A DNA stretch of 63,984 bases, counting the filler, from Intoshia linei (lineage: Eukaryota > Animalia > Orthonectida), in assembly GCA_001642005.1 (NCBI GenBank). It is 7 parts of 7 records of this genome, joined end to end, with 100 filler letters (N's around TTAATTAATTAA, not from the genome) between each part and the next. Parts side by side here need not be neighbours in the genome. Positions count along the whole stretch, not along the records: positions 51,815 to 54,155 come from LWCA01002341.1; positions 54,256 to 58,406 come from LWCA01002008.1; positions 58,507 to 62,703 come from LWCA01002007.1; positions 62,804 to 63,984 come from LWCA01002745.1; 3 more parts are not named here. The stretch is one strand, 5' to 3'. Within the stretch, counting starts at the first letter, position 1, and each line of letters opens with the position of its first letter. Shown here piece after piece: positions 51,715 through 63,984 of the stretch. The translations under genes were made by a program, and so were the position numbers. The notes beneath the pieces are model-generated. The model saw only the letters and a program-made list of their open reading frames with translations, made no database searches and was not told the origin of the DNA.

Positions 51715-52406
51715 NNNNNNNNNNNNNNNNNNNNNNNNNNNNNNNNNNNNNNNNNNNNTTAATTAATTAANNNNNNNNNNNNNNNNNNNNNNNNNNNNNN
51801 NNNNNNNNNNNNNNAATTTAAAAATATTAAAATTAAAAATATTGTGAAATTATTAAATTTATCAACTCTCAAAATGTCTACTGTGCTGAGCACGAGTGGT
51901 ACGAGGTGGAGAGTCGCCACTGTTATTTATACATATTTATTTATGAATTATATTATTCCATGACCACATAGAGGTTCTTCATCACTGCTCTACATATAAG
52001 TACTTTAATAATTTATTTTTATAGGAGTTAACAACTAATTAGATATATATAAGAAATAGTTCGTATAACTTAATAATAATAATAAATAATAGATAAATTT
52101 ATTAATTCATAGGATTTTTATTTCCGCCTTGTTTAAATAATGGACTAGCAATCTAAAATATAAACTGTTAATAAAGTATTAAAACGAAATTTTTTAAATG
52201 TTCATTCGGAAAAATGAGGCTACCATTTTAAAAAAATTTCGACGAGACCCAAAGATAATAATATCAGCTAAGGTAGGTTTCGCTTTGTCATTGATTATTT
52301 ATGGTTATGGGTTAAATTATTGAATCCACTCTATTTGAAAAATCTGCATATTTATATTATATTATGTATTATAATAATAAAATTAATCAAAATTTAAATA
52401 TTTTAC

Positions 52407-52576
52407 CAAATTGACTCTTCCATCGTTATTTGTAAGTTTTGCTTTATTTCGTCTAATTTTGAGTTTGCGTACCAAGACAATAATTACAATTATAACTACT
52501 ACCAAAGCCAGTAAAACTCCAAAGATTATTCCAATTAAATAACGCTTGTCACCGCTTTTATCAATTATAATTTTTT
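52407..52576 (-). CDS. Exon encoding the TM helix and juxtamembrane region of an unidentified single-pass membrane protein (partial)
   Basis: AG/GT-bounded exon translating KIIIDKSGDKRYLIGIIFGVLLALVVVIIVIIVLVRKLKIRRNKAKLTNNDGRVNL: a long hydrophobic run then a basic cluster. I could not resolve the flanking exons. Confidence 0.45.
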
Positions 52577-54575
52577 CTATAATTAAAATTGTTCATAATA
52601 TGTAAGTATACTTATGTAAGTCCATAACAATGATTAATAAACTATGAAACAAACGAAACATCCCAAAAAAATATTGCGCGGAGTTTCTGAAAATATTTCT
52701 ATTTATGTAAATTATATTACTCAAGATCATTATATTACATACCAACAATCAAACACCTATTTTAAATTGAAAAATCGACCTATTTTTTCCAAACTTATAA
52801 GTTGAAATAAATAAAATGTATTTTATTGAATTATTCTTTATCTGTCAAAAGGTGTATTTTTTTAAATTGATCTGTCATCAATGAAAGTTTTTTAGTAATT
52901 TTTCTGCAATTCTCGAGACTAGAACTCCATTTGGGAAACACTGATGTACAATTTATCATCCATTTATAAATTAAATAAATTTTCTAGAATTACCAACATC
53001 TAAAAAGTATATAAATTGTAAATAAATATAATAATTTAGACTTTTAGAGGTATACATCAAGTACTGCGTGCGATTGGTATATTTTCAAACGGTCGATGAG
53101 CATTATGATAATAATACTGATTGCAATTTTAGATTAATTATATATAATAATTATTTGGTGTTATCCGTTAATCTAACGAACCTAGTATGGAGCATTACAA
53201 ACAATCTATTTCCTCTATACAAGTTAGTATCCGTAGGACAACCAAAAAGTTTCAATCAATTTTTATCAAACCACAAATAGTGACAATAGAAAAAATCATT
53301 TTAGAAAATGACTTTTTGAATTTTATACATTTAGAAACGAATTGTGAATAACTGGAATTATTGTTACAAGAAAAATCTCTACTATAAAAGTCCAATATTT
53401 ATCCAAATAATAACTATAAAATATTTAAAATCATATCAAATGAATTTCAAGTTGAATACGGAATTATACACTTACTCAGCATGTGGGTTAATACTTTTTG
53501 AAGAAAATTAGTGTAAATTATTCAAAATATTTTTAATCAAGTGACAGACTGTGACTGACAGTACATGTTTTGTTTTTTCAATATTACAAACTTGAACTTT
53601 TAGCTTAAATTGGTTACCATTTTCATCAGTGACTAAATTAAAAATTATAGTAGTGTCTGAATAAAAATATATTATATTTATAATTAATAAAATATCACTA
53701 TATTTATGTTTATTAAAATATTGATAGCATTACTGATATTTACTGATATGATAAAATAATGCAAAATTACTTTTTTCTATACAATTTATAATTTACTACG
53801 GTATAACAGTCGACGATATCAAATGTGACCAGTTTGTTGAATAGCTTGGAAAAAAATTACATTTTGATAACTTTTAAAATGTTTGAATGACACTAAAAAA
53901 GTTTAAAATCTCGAAAAAATCATCACTTTTGAGATATTAAATATATTAATAATCATTATTATTTAGTATATTTTTATTTATTAATATTTTTTATTATTAT
54001 ATGTTAATTAATAAGATTGTCTCACATGACTTAACTTGACATACTTATATATATATATACTATACATACATAATGTACAGTGCGCGCAATAAACATAGGT
54101 CCAACTGATTTATATTATTTTTTGGTCTATTAACATTAATTTTCATGAATATTTCNNNNNNNNNNNNNNNNNNNNNNNNNNNNNNNNNNNNNNNNNNNNT
54201 TAATTAATTAANNNNNNNNNNNNNNNNNNNNNNNNNNNNNNNNNNNNNNNNNNNNTATTATGAGTTGTTACGAACTGGAACGCTATCATCAAGATTGTTA
54301 AAATTAAAGAAAGTTCTTATGACCGTTCAACCTACGTCAACACAAAATGAAAGAAATTTCTCTACTGCNCAAAAATCCGATTTTACGAAATCTTATGAAA
54401 AAAACCACTTCATCAAACCACAAATAAAAAATCTAATTTTCCAGCCCTTAATGGAAAAATATCATTTTTCTATTTTTTTTTTTATTTTAATATTTTTTTA
54501 AAAACCTCTTATTCTAATCACAAATTACTAACGCTTAAGAGAATTATCATCTTTTTCCAATATTATTTTGAAAAA

Positions 54576-54962
54576 TATTATGAGTTGTTACGAACTGGAA
54601 CGCTATCATCAAGATTGTTAAAATTAAAGAAAGTTCTTATGACCGTTCAACCTACGTCAACACAAAATGAAAGAAATTTCTCTACTGCTTCTAATTTCGT
54701 TACAAAACGTAGAACACGTTTCAAAGACGAATCTATCAATATTATGTGTGTTTTGAAACACTTTTTCAACAATCTAAGATAAATAAATTTGTTTCTAATT
54801 AAATTTCTTTTTGTTTGTAAAATTAATTAAGGTCTCTAAAATTTTTAATGCTTCTATATTATATATGAATAAAAAATTTTTATTGTTTCCGGGACCGGGA
54901 AATTTAATTTTTAATATCATGGTTCGTGACTTTTGTCATCTACTCGGAAATCACAATCACTA
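54576..54962 (+). mobile_element. hAT transposase C-terminal dimerisation-domain fragment and right end
   Basis: LMTVQPTSTQNERNFSTASNFVTKRRTRFKDESINIMCVLKHFF; subterminal TTTCCGGGACCGGGAAAT and terminal CACAATCACTA. First 113 bp duplicated at 54256-54368. Confidence 0.75.
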
Positions 54963-55058
54963 ATCGGCCATATTGCGCCATCTCTTGATTTAAACTTAAA
55001 ATGTCTTTCTGATACTTTTGATGATTGAAATTTTTATTTTTATCATTTTATAATTTAG

Positions 55059-56922
55059 ATAATTTTATTTGCTAAATATGTTTCAAGATCGAAAATATTG
55101 TATCAAGATATAACAAACGAATATACCAATAAAATATTAAAAATTATCGGATTAGGAGAAGAAACTAGCTGGAAATGGGATTTATTATTATTAATTTGCG
55201 TATTTATTCATAGAATATATTTAATGGATTTTGGCTTATGGAAATCTGCAACAAATAAAAATTATATAAAACAAATTGTTGACTCGCCATCAAATAGTTC
55301 TGAAAAGAAAAAGTCGAAATCAAGTAGTAACAACCTTGCTTGTTGGAAAGTAAACAAGGAAGATGAATGTCAAAATGAAAACGCCCATATTGCTTATATA
55401 CCTGAAGAAGGAAATGTACCAATCGTGCCAAAAGTAGAAAATGAAACAAGCTCCTTAAAAATTGGCAATGAGGAGAAATCTGATTGTGCCCGAAAATCTA
55501 GTATTCCATCTAAAATTTTTGCAGTCAGATTGTCTATAGTTTCGTCCTACAAATACTGGATACATTCTGAATATGCTCTACCCAGGTCATATTATGTGTC
55601 AATGTTTTTTTTTGAATTTATATGTTTTCTCATAATTGCATTTGGCTATAAATCGTTTCAACCAAAAGAAGACGATTTTACAGATGTAAAATCCATTTTC
55701 ACTAAAAATCGTATACCTTGGATTTTTACGTTCATGTTATTGACCCAATTTTTATTCATGATTATTGACCGTATAATTTACTTGAAAAAGAGTGTTCAAT
55801 CTAAATTAGTTTTCCATGTTATAGTAGTTTCCATAATTCACTTTTGGTTGTTTTTTTATATGGAAAAGATTACTGGTCAATACTTTTGGCATAATTCTGC
55901 GGCCAAAATGTTTTACTTTTTTAAATGTATATATTTTTACATATCCTGTTGTCAAATCAGATCAAAATACCCTATTCGTGTTATCGGTCATTTTTTGACA
56001 AAAAATTACAATTATGTCACTTTATATTTGTACGTAATTTATCGAGCCATACCATTTTTGACGGAAATTCGAAATGTTATGGACTGGATTTGTACTGACA
56101 CAACTTTGACAATCTCGCATTGGTTTATTTTGGAAGATGTACATTCTTTACTTTTTAAAACAAAATGTTGGAGACGTTATGAACTGGAATATTGTGAACT
56201 TCGTGGTATAGCTAAAGGAAAGTTTACCAAGTGGGGTCAAGGTTTGTTTTTTTTATTGGGAATGATTATCATTATTTGGCTACCTTTAATTATATTTTCA
56301 CTTCCGAATAATGTTTATCAACCTAATCCGCCTATAAAATGCAAAATTGATATTCGAATTGGAGAAATACAGTCAATATATACAATGGAATCTTTATCAA
56401 ATGATGTGATTAATAGTCGCAATATTAATTATAATGAAATCAAATCCAATAAAATTTCCAAATTCAGGTCCAGTGACATAACATATATGCGTATGAATCC
56501 TTTCTCTCTTTCATATTGTGATGTGACTCCTCCTATGTTGAAATATCTTACCGATATCTTTAATAGCCGAAATGATACAAATATTAATGTTATTATGCAT
56601 TTTTATAGGTATATTTTACATTTTATATTCTTGTTTTACTTTTCATTTTATGTCTCTGATTTAGAAAGTCTGGTCCAATTTTATCAGATGAAATTATATC
56701 TAATGTTTTTAATACTACATTGAAATATGACAGCAAAGAAAGGAAATTATTTCAAAGTATGCTTCAATTTATATCAAATTCAAATTCTATGTCCAATTCT
56801 ACTATTGAACCGTAATTTAAAATTTATTGTAATTATTTGTATATTTAGAGTTACATTGATAAATTTAATACCAAATCGATTAATTTTGCCATCCAAGCTT
56901 AACCCGATAGATTTAAAATTGG
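55059..56922 (+). CDS. PIEZO: Piezo-type mechanosensitive ion channel, internal/C-terminal portion (last blade repeats, anchor, outer helix, part of cap); partial
   Basis: DLLLLICVFIHRIYLMDFGLW, QFLFMIIDRIIYLKKS..KLVF, KCIYFYISCCQIRSKYP..GHFLTKNY, YRAIPFLTEIRNVMDWICTDTTLTISHWFILEDV (Piezo PFxxE/W signature) and IIWLPLIIFSL..VYQPNPP. Large exon 55059-56608 plus two small downstream exons. Confidence 0.93.
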
Positions 56923-58506
56923 GTAATTTTTCATTTCAATGATTTATCCTTTTAAAAAATATATCGTAGTTTTGACTATAACTTGTGACACGTAAGTTCT
57001 TTTGGTAAATTGGTCAAACGCCATATTAATCTTCTTAGGTTTATTTGATTTTGAAAGGTAAGAGTAATTGTAGAGTATAAATAACTATTGCAATACATTG
57101 AAACTTTTTCGTTTTATTTGCAACTTTTAAAAAAAAAAGGAAAAAGCAATTACTCAGTGCTGAACCTACCAAGATCGAGTTCGATGAAAAATGGGAAAAA
57201 TTTTTTATAGTTAACGTTATATTTTCAATTTGTAAAGTCGTTTTTTCAAACTAAAGTCAGTTTTATTTATATGGTTATTGATAAATATTTATAATAACGC
57301 AATAGTAACTTATTAAACGTCATCTGTGAAGATGCCAAAGACTAGGAAGATTATTGATGTGAGCCAAAAGAAAAACAATTATTTCCTTTTCTGAATCACA
57401 TTGAAAGCGTTTTTACTGTATGGAAGAATAATGTGATAAGGACTTTCGCAATGCGCATAGAATGAATTGCAGCTTAAAGACAAAAGTTCAGTTTATTTGT
57501 AGGAATATTTTACCCTATTTGGTAAAATGTGAAAGACTAGAAATTATATTCGAATAATTATTACTTAATACTACAAATTAAAAGTAATAATAATGAAATT
57601 AATTAAAAATTGATTGTACAAACAGACAAACTACGTGGCGGGCCGCATCATAAATTTTTTATATTTTATAGTTTCACCTTTGGAAACCATTATACTATGA
57701 ATCGAGATCATTGTCAAATACAGTGTATATTGAAAGTGATGTCAAATCAGATAATCGAAATCGAATATGTTTTTAGTTCGAGCGGCCATGGTTTTTTATA
57801 ATTTTTGAAAAATTTGATGGGTCAGTTGTGGTAATATTATTCAAAGGATAGTCCAGAGTATCATCGTCGATTACGGAGTAAACTTGGCTATTTCTTTCTT
57901 CGTTGTTTTGTGCTAATTCTATCTTTGAAATTAGAAGTGAAATATTTTTTTGTGTCGTTTTGTATTCTTTGTATTTTTTGTGCAAGATTGATTTTTTAAA
58001 TTAATGTTCTAATGATAAAACTAGAATTTTAATTTGATATGACTGGCATGTATTTTTAAAAATTTAGAATTATGATTAATTAATAAGCATAATTTTAAGC
58101 GTATCATTGACATCATTAAATATGATTTTCTCGTAGCTTACAAGTGATTTTTGTTTGTGTATGTGTTCCACTTTTTTGAAATAATTACCAGTCTTACAAT
58201 TTTATAAAGTTCACATTTCAATTACAGTTTTCTCCGGGATATTTAATAAGATAAATTCCAATTTCCCAATTTCACATCTTATGGGTCAAAAACTCCAGTT
58301 GTCCCTCTTTTTGAAAATTAAACGAGTTAAAGAATTTAAAAAAATATATACTCTGATACGGATTTTAAAATCATAAACATTATTATAAATTTAAATTTAA
58401 AAAAATNNNNNNNNNNNNNNNNNNNNNNNNNNNNNNNNNNNNNNNNNNNNTTAATTAATTAANNNNNNNNNNNNNNNNNNNNNNNNNNNNNNNNNNNNNN
58501 NNNNNN

Positions 58507-59990
58507 ACCTTGTTGAATTTATTACTTAAAATCGAACATTTTGATTATGAGATTGAATATTGACCTGGTCCATTAAATTTTACGGCGGATTGGTTATCCA
58601 GAGATTTAACCATCACAGCTTGTCAAAGAATTGAATTTTTTAATTTAAGTTCTCTTAAATTACAGGATGATAATAAAAATATTGTAGTTATTAGATAAGG
58701 AAACATTACTAATGATAATCAGTTCTTTGCAATTAAATCTAAATTATCAGTTAATGAAAATAATGTATATTATAATCATGAATCAAAAAAATTTATATTA
58801 ATCTTTGATAATTCAATTCAGACTATTTTATCTTATTACCACAAATCGTTGGCATTTGCGCATCCGGGTATATTTAAGACGTGGTATAATATACGACAAA
58901 AATATTATTGGCCATCAATGTATCGTGATATTAAGGAGTTTGTAACAAAATGGGATATATGCAGTACTTCTAAATACCGTAATCATAGTAGACATTCTTC
59001 TTTAAAACCAGTTATTACGAATCGATTTAATGAAACCATAAATGGAAAAAAATATATATTGGTTATGTGTNTCTTATTACCACAAATCGTTGGCATTTGC
59101 GCATCCGGGTATATTTAAGACGTGGTATAATATACGACAAAAATATTATTGGCCTTTAATGTAAGGTGATATTAAGGAGTTAGTAACAAAATATGATATA
59201 TGCAGTACTTCTATATACCGTAATCATAGTAGAAATTCTTCTTTAAAACCAGTTATTACGAATCGATTTAATAAATTATGGCAAATCGATATTCTTGATC
59301 CATTTAATGAAACCATAAATCGAAAAAAATATATATTGGTTATGTGTGACCATGTTTCGGGTTGGTGTCAGGCCGAATCACTCGATATGATTACAACTGA
59401 AAATGTATTCACGTCTATATTAAAAAATATTGTATCTCGATATGGTCCACCATTGAGTCTGCATTTTGATTATGGACGGCAATTTGAAGCACAAATAATT
59501 CAGCAACTATGTAATATGTTTAACATTCAAAAAATACATTCACGGCATTATAAGCATAATTAAAATGTCACTGTGGAGCGTTTCAATTGTACGATTCGGG
59601 AACGATTAAGAATACTAACGAAGGATAACAACTGGAATAATATGTTAATTTATGTTTTGATAAGTTTGCGTTCTACAGTATATAAATAAATATATAACAG
59701 TATATAAAAATGGAGTAACGCCATCAGATGTTGTTTTTGGTTCAAATATGTACGACAGTTCTTGTAAAAACCAAATTGAATTATTAAAATGTATTAAAAC
59801 CACACGTGATAAACAGGTGGTGCGTATAAAGCGAAATTATGATAAATTGAGACAGAAAGATTTTTCATTTCATCATAAAAATTATAGTTGCATTATTCCT
59901 CGAGCAAATAAACAAGATAAACTTTATACAAAGTCAAAACGGACCAAAAAATTTCCTGAAAGATTCAAAGACTATTCATTAATTTAATGT
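58507..59990 (+). mobile_element. Ty3/Gypsy retrotransposon pol remnant (RNase H end and integrase)
   Basis: FDYEIEY*PGPLNFTADWLSR; zinc-binding YHKSLAFAHPGIFKTWYNIRQKYYWPSMYRDIKEFV; core LWQIDILDPF..KYILVMCDHVSGW..RYGPPLSLHFDYGRQFE..VERFN. Confidence 0.88.
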
Positions 59991-60239
59991 TTAATTTAAT
60001 TAAATAGGTGTAATGAAGTACTCTTCATTGTTATAGATATATTTATTATCGATATACTTAAAATTGTTTTATTATTAAATCTCAAAACTTTAATACCGTT
60101 TGACATTAAATCATTACATCTATGTTTAGTTTATCGACTTATTAGATGGTTTAAAAGATTTTGAGATGAAAACTACACCCTAATGGATTTCCAACGTTTC
60201 GGTAGACCTTTAACTGTTGATATTAATTAAATAAAGAGT

Positions 60240-61110
60240 GAATTGAAGAAGTCTTCAATTCAAACATGTCAATCGCTTTCCATTGTTGCCAGTTGTTCAA
60301 AAACCAGTGCCTATAATTGTTTGAAACGTTTTACAAAAGTGAATATGTCTGGAATATGGGTACCCCACTTATTAACGATTCAACATAAATTAAATAAAAA
60401 AACGTATGCCCATTATTACTAGCCAGACTAAAAAATGAACTGTTTTTAGAAAATATTGTGACTGGTGATGAAAAATAGATACATTGTGATAATACTAAAT
60501 TGAAAAAACAATGGCTATTTTCTTAGGAATCACCAATATTGACTCAAAAACCAAAACTGCATGGTGTATATGTAGTGAGTATTTGGTGGAATATAAAAGG
60601 CATACTTTATTATGAATATCTTAAAAACAAAGAAACCATTAATGCGGAAAAGTATTGCGAACAATTGGATAAATTGAACAATGAAATTTAATTTAAAAGA
60701 CCTCGAATGTTTTCTAAAGGTAATATTATTTTGTTACACGACAATGCTAGACCTCATACTGCTATAAAGACTAGAAAACATTTAATGGACCTTAATTATG
60801 AGGTATTAGATCACCCACCATATTCTCCAAACATTGCTCCTTCTGACTATAACCTTTTTAGGTCGATGAATAACCATTACCATGGAAAAAATACGATTCA
60901 ATTAAGCATTTAAAATCTGACATTGATAACTTTTTTACAAATAAAAGCTAGAGTTTTTTTCAAAATGGAATTAAGAAACTACAGGAACGTTAAACGAGAA
61001 TTGTTAAATGCATTGAAGAATATTTTGTAGAAAAAAGGTTAATAAAATTGTTATTATAGAAGTTTTAATTATAGTTATTAAAACGAGATTACTTTGTGAA
61101 TGGTTTAATA
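60240..61110 (+). mobile_element. mariner (DD34D) transposase pseudogene with right TIR
   Basis: WVPHLL, FLENIVTGDEK, IWWNIKGILYYEYL, LLHDNARPH and HPPYSPNIAPSDYNLF; terminal AAACGAGATTACTTTGTGAATGGTTTAATA. Confidence 0.9.
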
Positions 61111-61129
61111 TAATATTGAACAAAAAAAA

Positions 61130-61851
61130 TGTGGATTGTACGTCTACATATTTACAATATCAACATAGGAATAAAAATCTATATAATTCATTCCTTCGGA
61201 ATTTTTTTCTACTGCTACCCAATTTTTAAATTTCAAATTTTCATTTTCAAAACATTTTTTATAATCTTCAAATTTTAAAACTACAGCAACGAATTTATAA
61301 AATTAAATTTATATTAACTGAAACGGGATATTTTTTTATTGATAATTGTTACAAATTTAACATAAAATGGTAAAAAGAAAAGTAACATTCACAAGAAAAA
61401 AAGACAAAAGTATAAACACATTTTCAACATCAATCATTTTTATATTACAATTCTTTGCAATAATGGTAAAATTCGACTGAAATATTTATAAAGTTCAATT
61501 CAATTAATTATTTATACACTAGCTTGGCAGTTTTGTACTACGTACAAACAGCACTAGCTCTGCCGAGGGCATTCTTATTATACCAAAAAAATAAATTCAC
61601 AAATAATCAATAAAAATCATACTATTAACTATTATCAATCCTTTAAAGCAGTGGTTCCCAAATTTGTTTCAGGTGGAACCGTCATATCACATTACTTTTT
61701 ACTTTAAAGTGAATTAATCTTAATTTTTTTTTGTTAACATTTGTGTAAAGAATTTTAAAAACAATTATTATCCCATTTTTTTAATTTATTAGACAGAATT
61801 TATGTATAATATTAAAAATAAAGTAAAAACAATCCAAATCTAAAAATTGTC
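61130..61851. mobile_element. Two abutting Helitron-like fragments in opposite orientation
   Basis: 61141-61517 resembles 12867-13127 (+); 61519-61851 is the reverse complement of about 13238-13578. Confidence 0.65.
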
Positions 61852-62049
61852 AACTCTATCTCTAAAAATACAATTATGAATCATATGATTTAAGTCAATT
61901 TTAAGACTTTTAATTAAATCTAAACCCATAATTTGTTTACTATTATAAACAATTTTAAATCTTTATTTTAATCTTCTGTTTCCAAATTTACATTCTGCAG
62001 TCCACCATCCTATTGGTTGTATTAAATGGCCGCTAAAATAACGTAATGT

Positions 62050-62600
62050 ATTACTTTTAATCAAATTGCTCTATAAAGTTTTTCTAGATAACCAACTCGA
62101 TTCATAGAAGCTTCAAACATTTTCATTTCTCAATTAACTATTATTTCAATATTATCACCTTCACTATCAACTCTTTTATCTATGTTACATTGTGTGTTAA
62201 TTTCCAAATCTAATTGTTCTGAGGTAGATAATAGTCGATATTCAAACTTTTTTTATTAATAATAGTTTCAATGACATCCTCTGAAATAATTTTACAATTG
62301 TTGAATAGCCTTGATATTAATGACACTTCCAGATTTCGAATTATACCCCTATCTACCATTTCAAATAGAGAATCGACTTCTAACTTGTTTAGTGATTCAA
62401 GATCATTTAGATAACGCATGAGAAAAATCAAATTTTTATTTTTCGCTTATCATATCTATTTCGCAGTGATTTATACATTTTACAATGTAGGATACTTTTT
62501 TTCCCAGAACATTTTTTAAGAGAAATTTAAAAATTTTATTTGCAAATAGTATAGTTGCATCCTCATGACATAAAGCTTTAATTTCCACCTGAATTAATTC
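62050..62600 (-). mobile_element. Probable hAT transposase remnant
   Basis: Broken peptides IKALCHEDATILFANKI and EMKMFEASMNRVGILEKLYRAI resemble the C-terminal half of the hAT family seen at 54576. Confidence 0.4.
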
Positions 62601-63406
62601 CAGAATGTCATAAATTGAAGTAAGTCAACATCACCGTGATTAAATTAAATTTACTTTGTTTAATATATTTAGTTTTGTGTAATAATTCCATACAAATAAC
62701 GGCNNNNNNNNNNNNNNNNNNNNNNNNNNNNNNNNNNNNNNNNNNNNTTAATTAATTAANNNNNNNNNNNNNNNNNNNNNNNNNNNNNNNNNNNNNNNNN
62801 NNNAGTTTTATATATCACTGAATGATCACTGTATTCAGAGCCGAACCTACCAAGCTCGAGACCACTCACAAATGAAAGTTAGGTTCTAAATAAATTTTAG
62901 CAAACTATGCGTAGTTTCATAGGCCCTACCACAGTAGCAGGTTTAGGGAGCGGACGACCACCCCTTTTCCTGACAAATGTGCCCTAAAATATTTTAATTA
63001 ATTAAATTTACTTTAGTGACCCTTAAAACATACATTACTATTATTGATAGAAATATACTATTAATTAATAAAACATAATACATGTATATAAAATTTAAAT
63101 GCTCAATTTTGAAAATAAGGCCCCTAATTTATAAAAATTTCACGACCACGATAACAGTATCGGAGTAGATTCAGCTTGACTTGTATTAAATAAATTTGTA
63201 AAAAGTAACCTTTACAGAATTTAGGATAATTTTTTTAACTAAATTAAAAAATGCGTTTTTTTTGTATGAAAACAATTGACGTGCATGAAACTAATTTCTA
63301 TGAATTAAATTATAATTACAATGGATCATCATGTAGATACAAGATTAAAATATATATTATAAATGGAATAGATATACTGTTATTGAACTGAAATGAGAAT
63401 AAAATT

Positions 63407-63984
63407 TCATTGGTAATTAATGATGTCGTTTAAGTTTGCAGATTTCTTAAATGTATATTTTAAATTTGAGGTTTTGTAAGCAAAAGCGACTGAATAATGA
63501 TAAAATAATTGATTCAAACCCTCCATTTCATCTAATACTTCTAAAGCATTAATTCAATCCAATTCTGGTTTTTTTATTTCATTATAAATTTCATTTAAAG
63601 TTAAAATATTAACCTTTTGAAAATTATTATTTATATATCTAAAAAACTGATAATAAGTAATATTTAAAGAAATCACCTGGAGATTTGAGATTCCCTATTT
63701 GTGCAGTATTGAAATCCACTCATATGATAACCATCATTCTGTAAATTGTTGTACATTACTTTTCCAAAATTGTCGTGTAGATTTATGGGTTCATAATGAA
63801 GAAAAGCAACATTATCAAAACATGCACTAATATGACTTAATAAAGTGTCTCCATATTTTGGAGCAATATAGAAAAATACACATTCACTTATGAATAGGGT
63901 TGGTAAAGAAAAATCAATTTTTGAAACTTTCATAGCATTATCAAATTGTTCTATATTCTTCACGTTACAGGATATCGCTACATA
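63407..63984 (-). CDS. LCMT1: Leucine carboxyl methyltransferase 1 (PP2A methyltransferase, PPM1/LCMT1), 3' part; contains one in-frame TGA
   Basis: LPTLFISECVFFYI...FLHYEPINLHDNFGKVMYNNL...ESQISR, then a 38-nt intron (63676-63639), then ...ELD*INALEVLDEMEGLNQLFYHYSVAFA. These match LCMT1 LPTLLIAECVLVY, YEQ....DRFG and [20 protein letters not shown]. Gene runs off the window end. Confidence 0.85.

Noticed and set aside
52611-53280. Possible hemopexin or MT-MMP-like exons upstream of the TM exon (PRNIFLGC)
   Set aside because: Could not be spliced in phase to the TM exon without a stop, and no metalloprotease motif was seen.
54256-54688. Apparent tandem duplication of the hAT C-terminal ORF
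   Set aside because: The first copy is identical, sits at a contig start and ends at a single N (54369); this is typical of an assembly overlap artefact.
57773-57985. 70-aa minus-strand ORF
   Set aside because: No recognisable motif or splice context; lies among repeats.
58831-59350. Duplicated integrase zinc-binding segment
   Set aside because: The two versions are joined at a single N (59071); likely two alleles or paralogous copies merged by the assembler.
46716-63556. TGA at expected Arg positions (Tc1 46716, Gypsy 58561, LCMT1 63554) suggesting a TGA=Arg genetic code
   Set aside because: Two of the three cases are in dead transposons and CGA-to-TGA is a common one-step nonsense change. 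The long dynein, Piezo and tubulin exons contain no in-frame TGA.
1-63984. tRNA, rRNA, CRISPR arrays or prokaryotic operons
   Set aside because: None seen; the sequence is intron-rich eukaryotic DNA and its repeats are irregularly spaced transposon parts.

Overview
Very AT-rich eukaryotic (animal) genomic DNA with many tiny GT-AG introns (mostly about 33-45 nt). The window is seven contigs joined by six artificial 100-bp spacers (44 N + TTAATTAATTAA + 44 N), so adjacency across spacers is not reliable. Gene content, intron size and divergence suggest a compacted ciliated invertebrate genome; an orthonectid such as Intoshia is a guess. Genes I spliced by hand: a 9-exon type-I membrane protein with three EGF repeats (366-6788, -), a Regnase/N4BP1-type NYN ribonuclease missed by the ORF track (9880-11133, -), EAF6/MEAF6 (18261-18677, +), a full-length DNAH3-like axonemal dynein heavy chain (18915-35792, +), epsilon-tubulin (35809-37267, -), a frameshifted YJU2/CCDC94 copy, a partial Piezo channel and the 3' part of LCMT1. 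The rest is dense transposon debris: Helitron-like, hAT, Tc1, mariner, pogo and Gypsy. The standout observation is that the dynein heavy chain has lost the catalytic motifs of its main ATPase site (AAA1 Walker A, Walker B, sensor-II and the AAA2 arginine finger). It still keeps an open multi-exon frame and a well-conserved microtubule-binding stalk, so it is a candidate motor-dead dynein acting as an axonemal tether or brake. Family assignments rest on my recall of consensus motifs; no database search was run.
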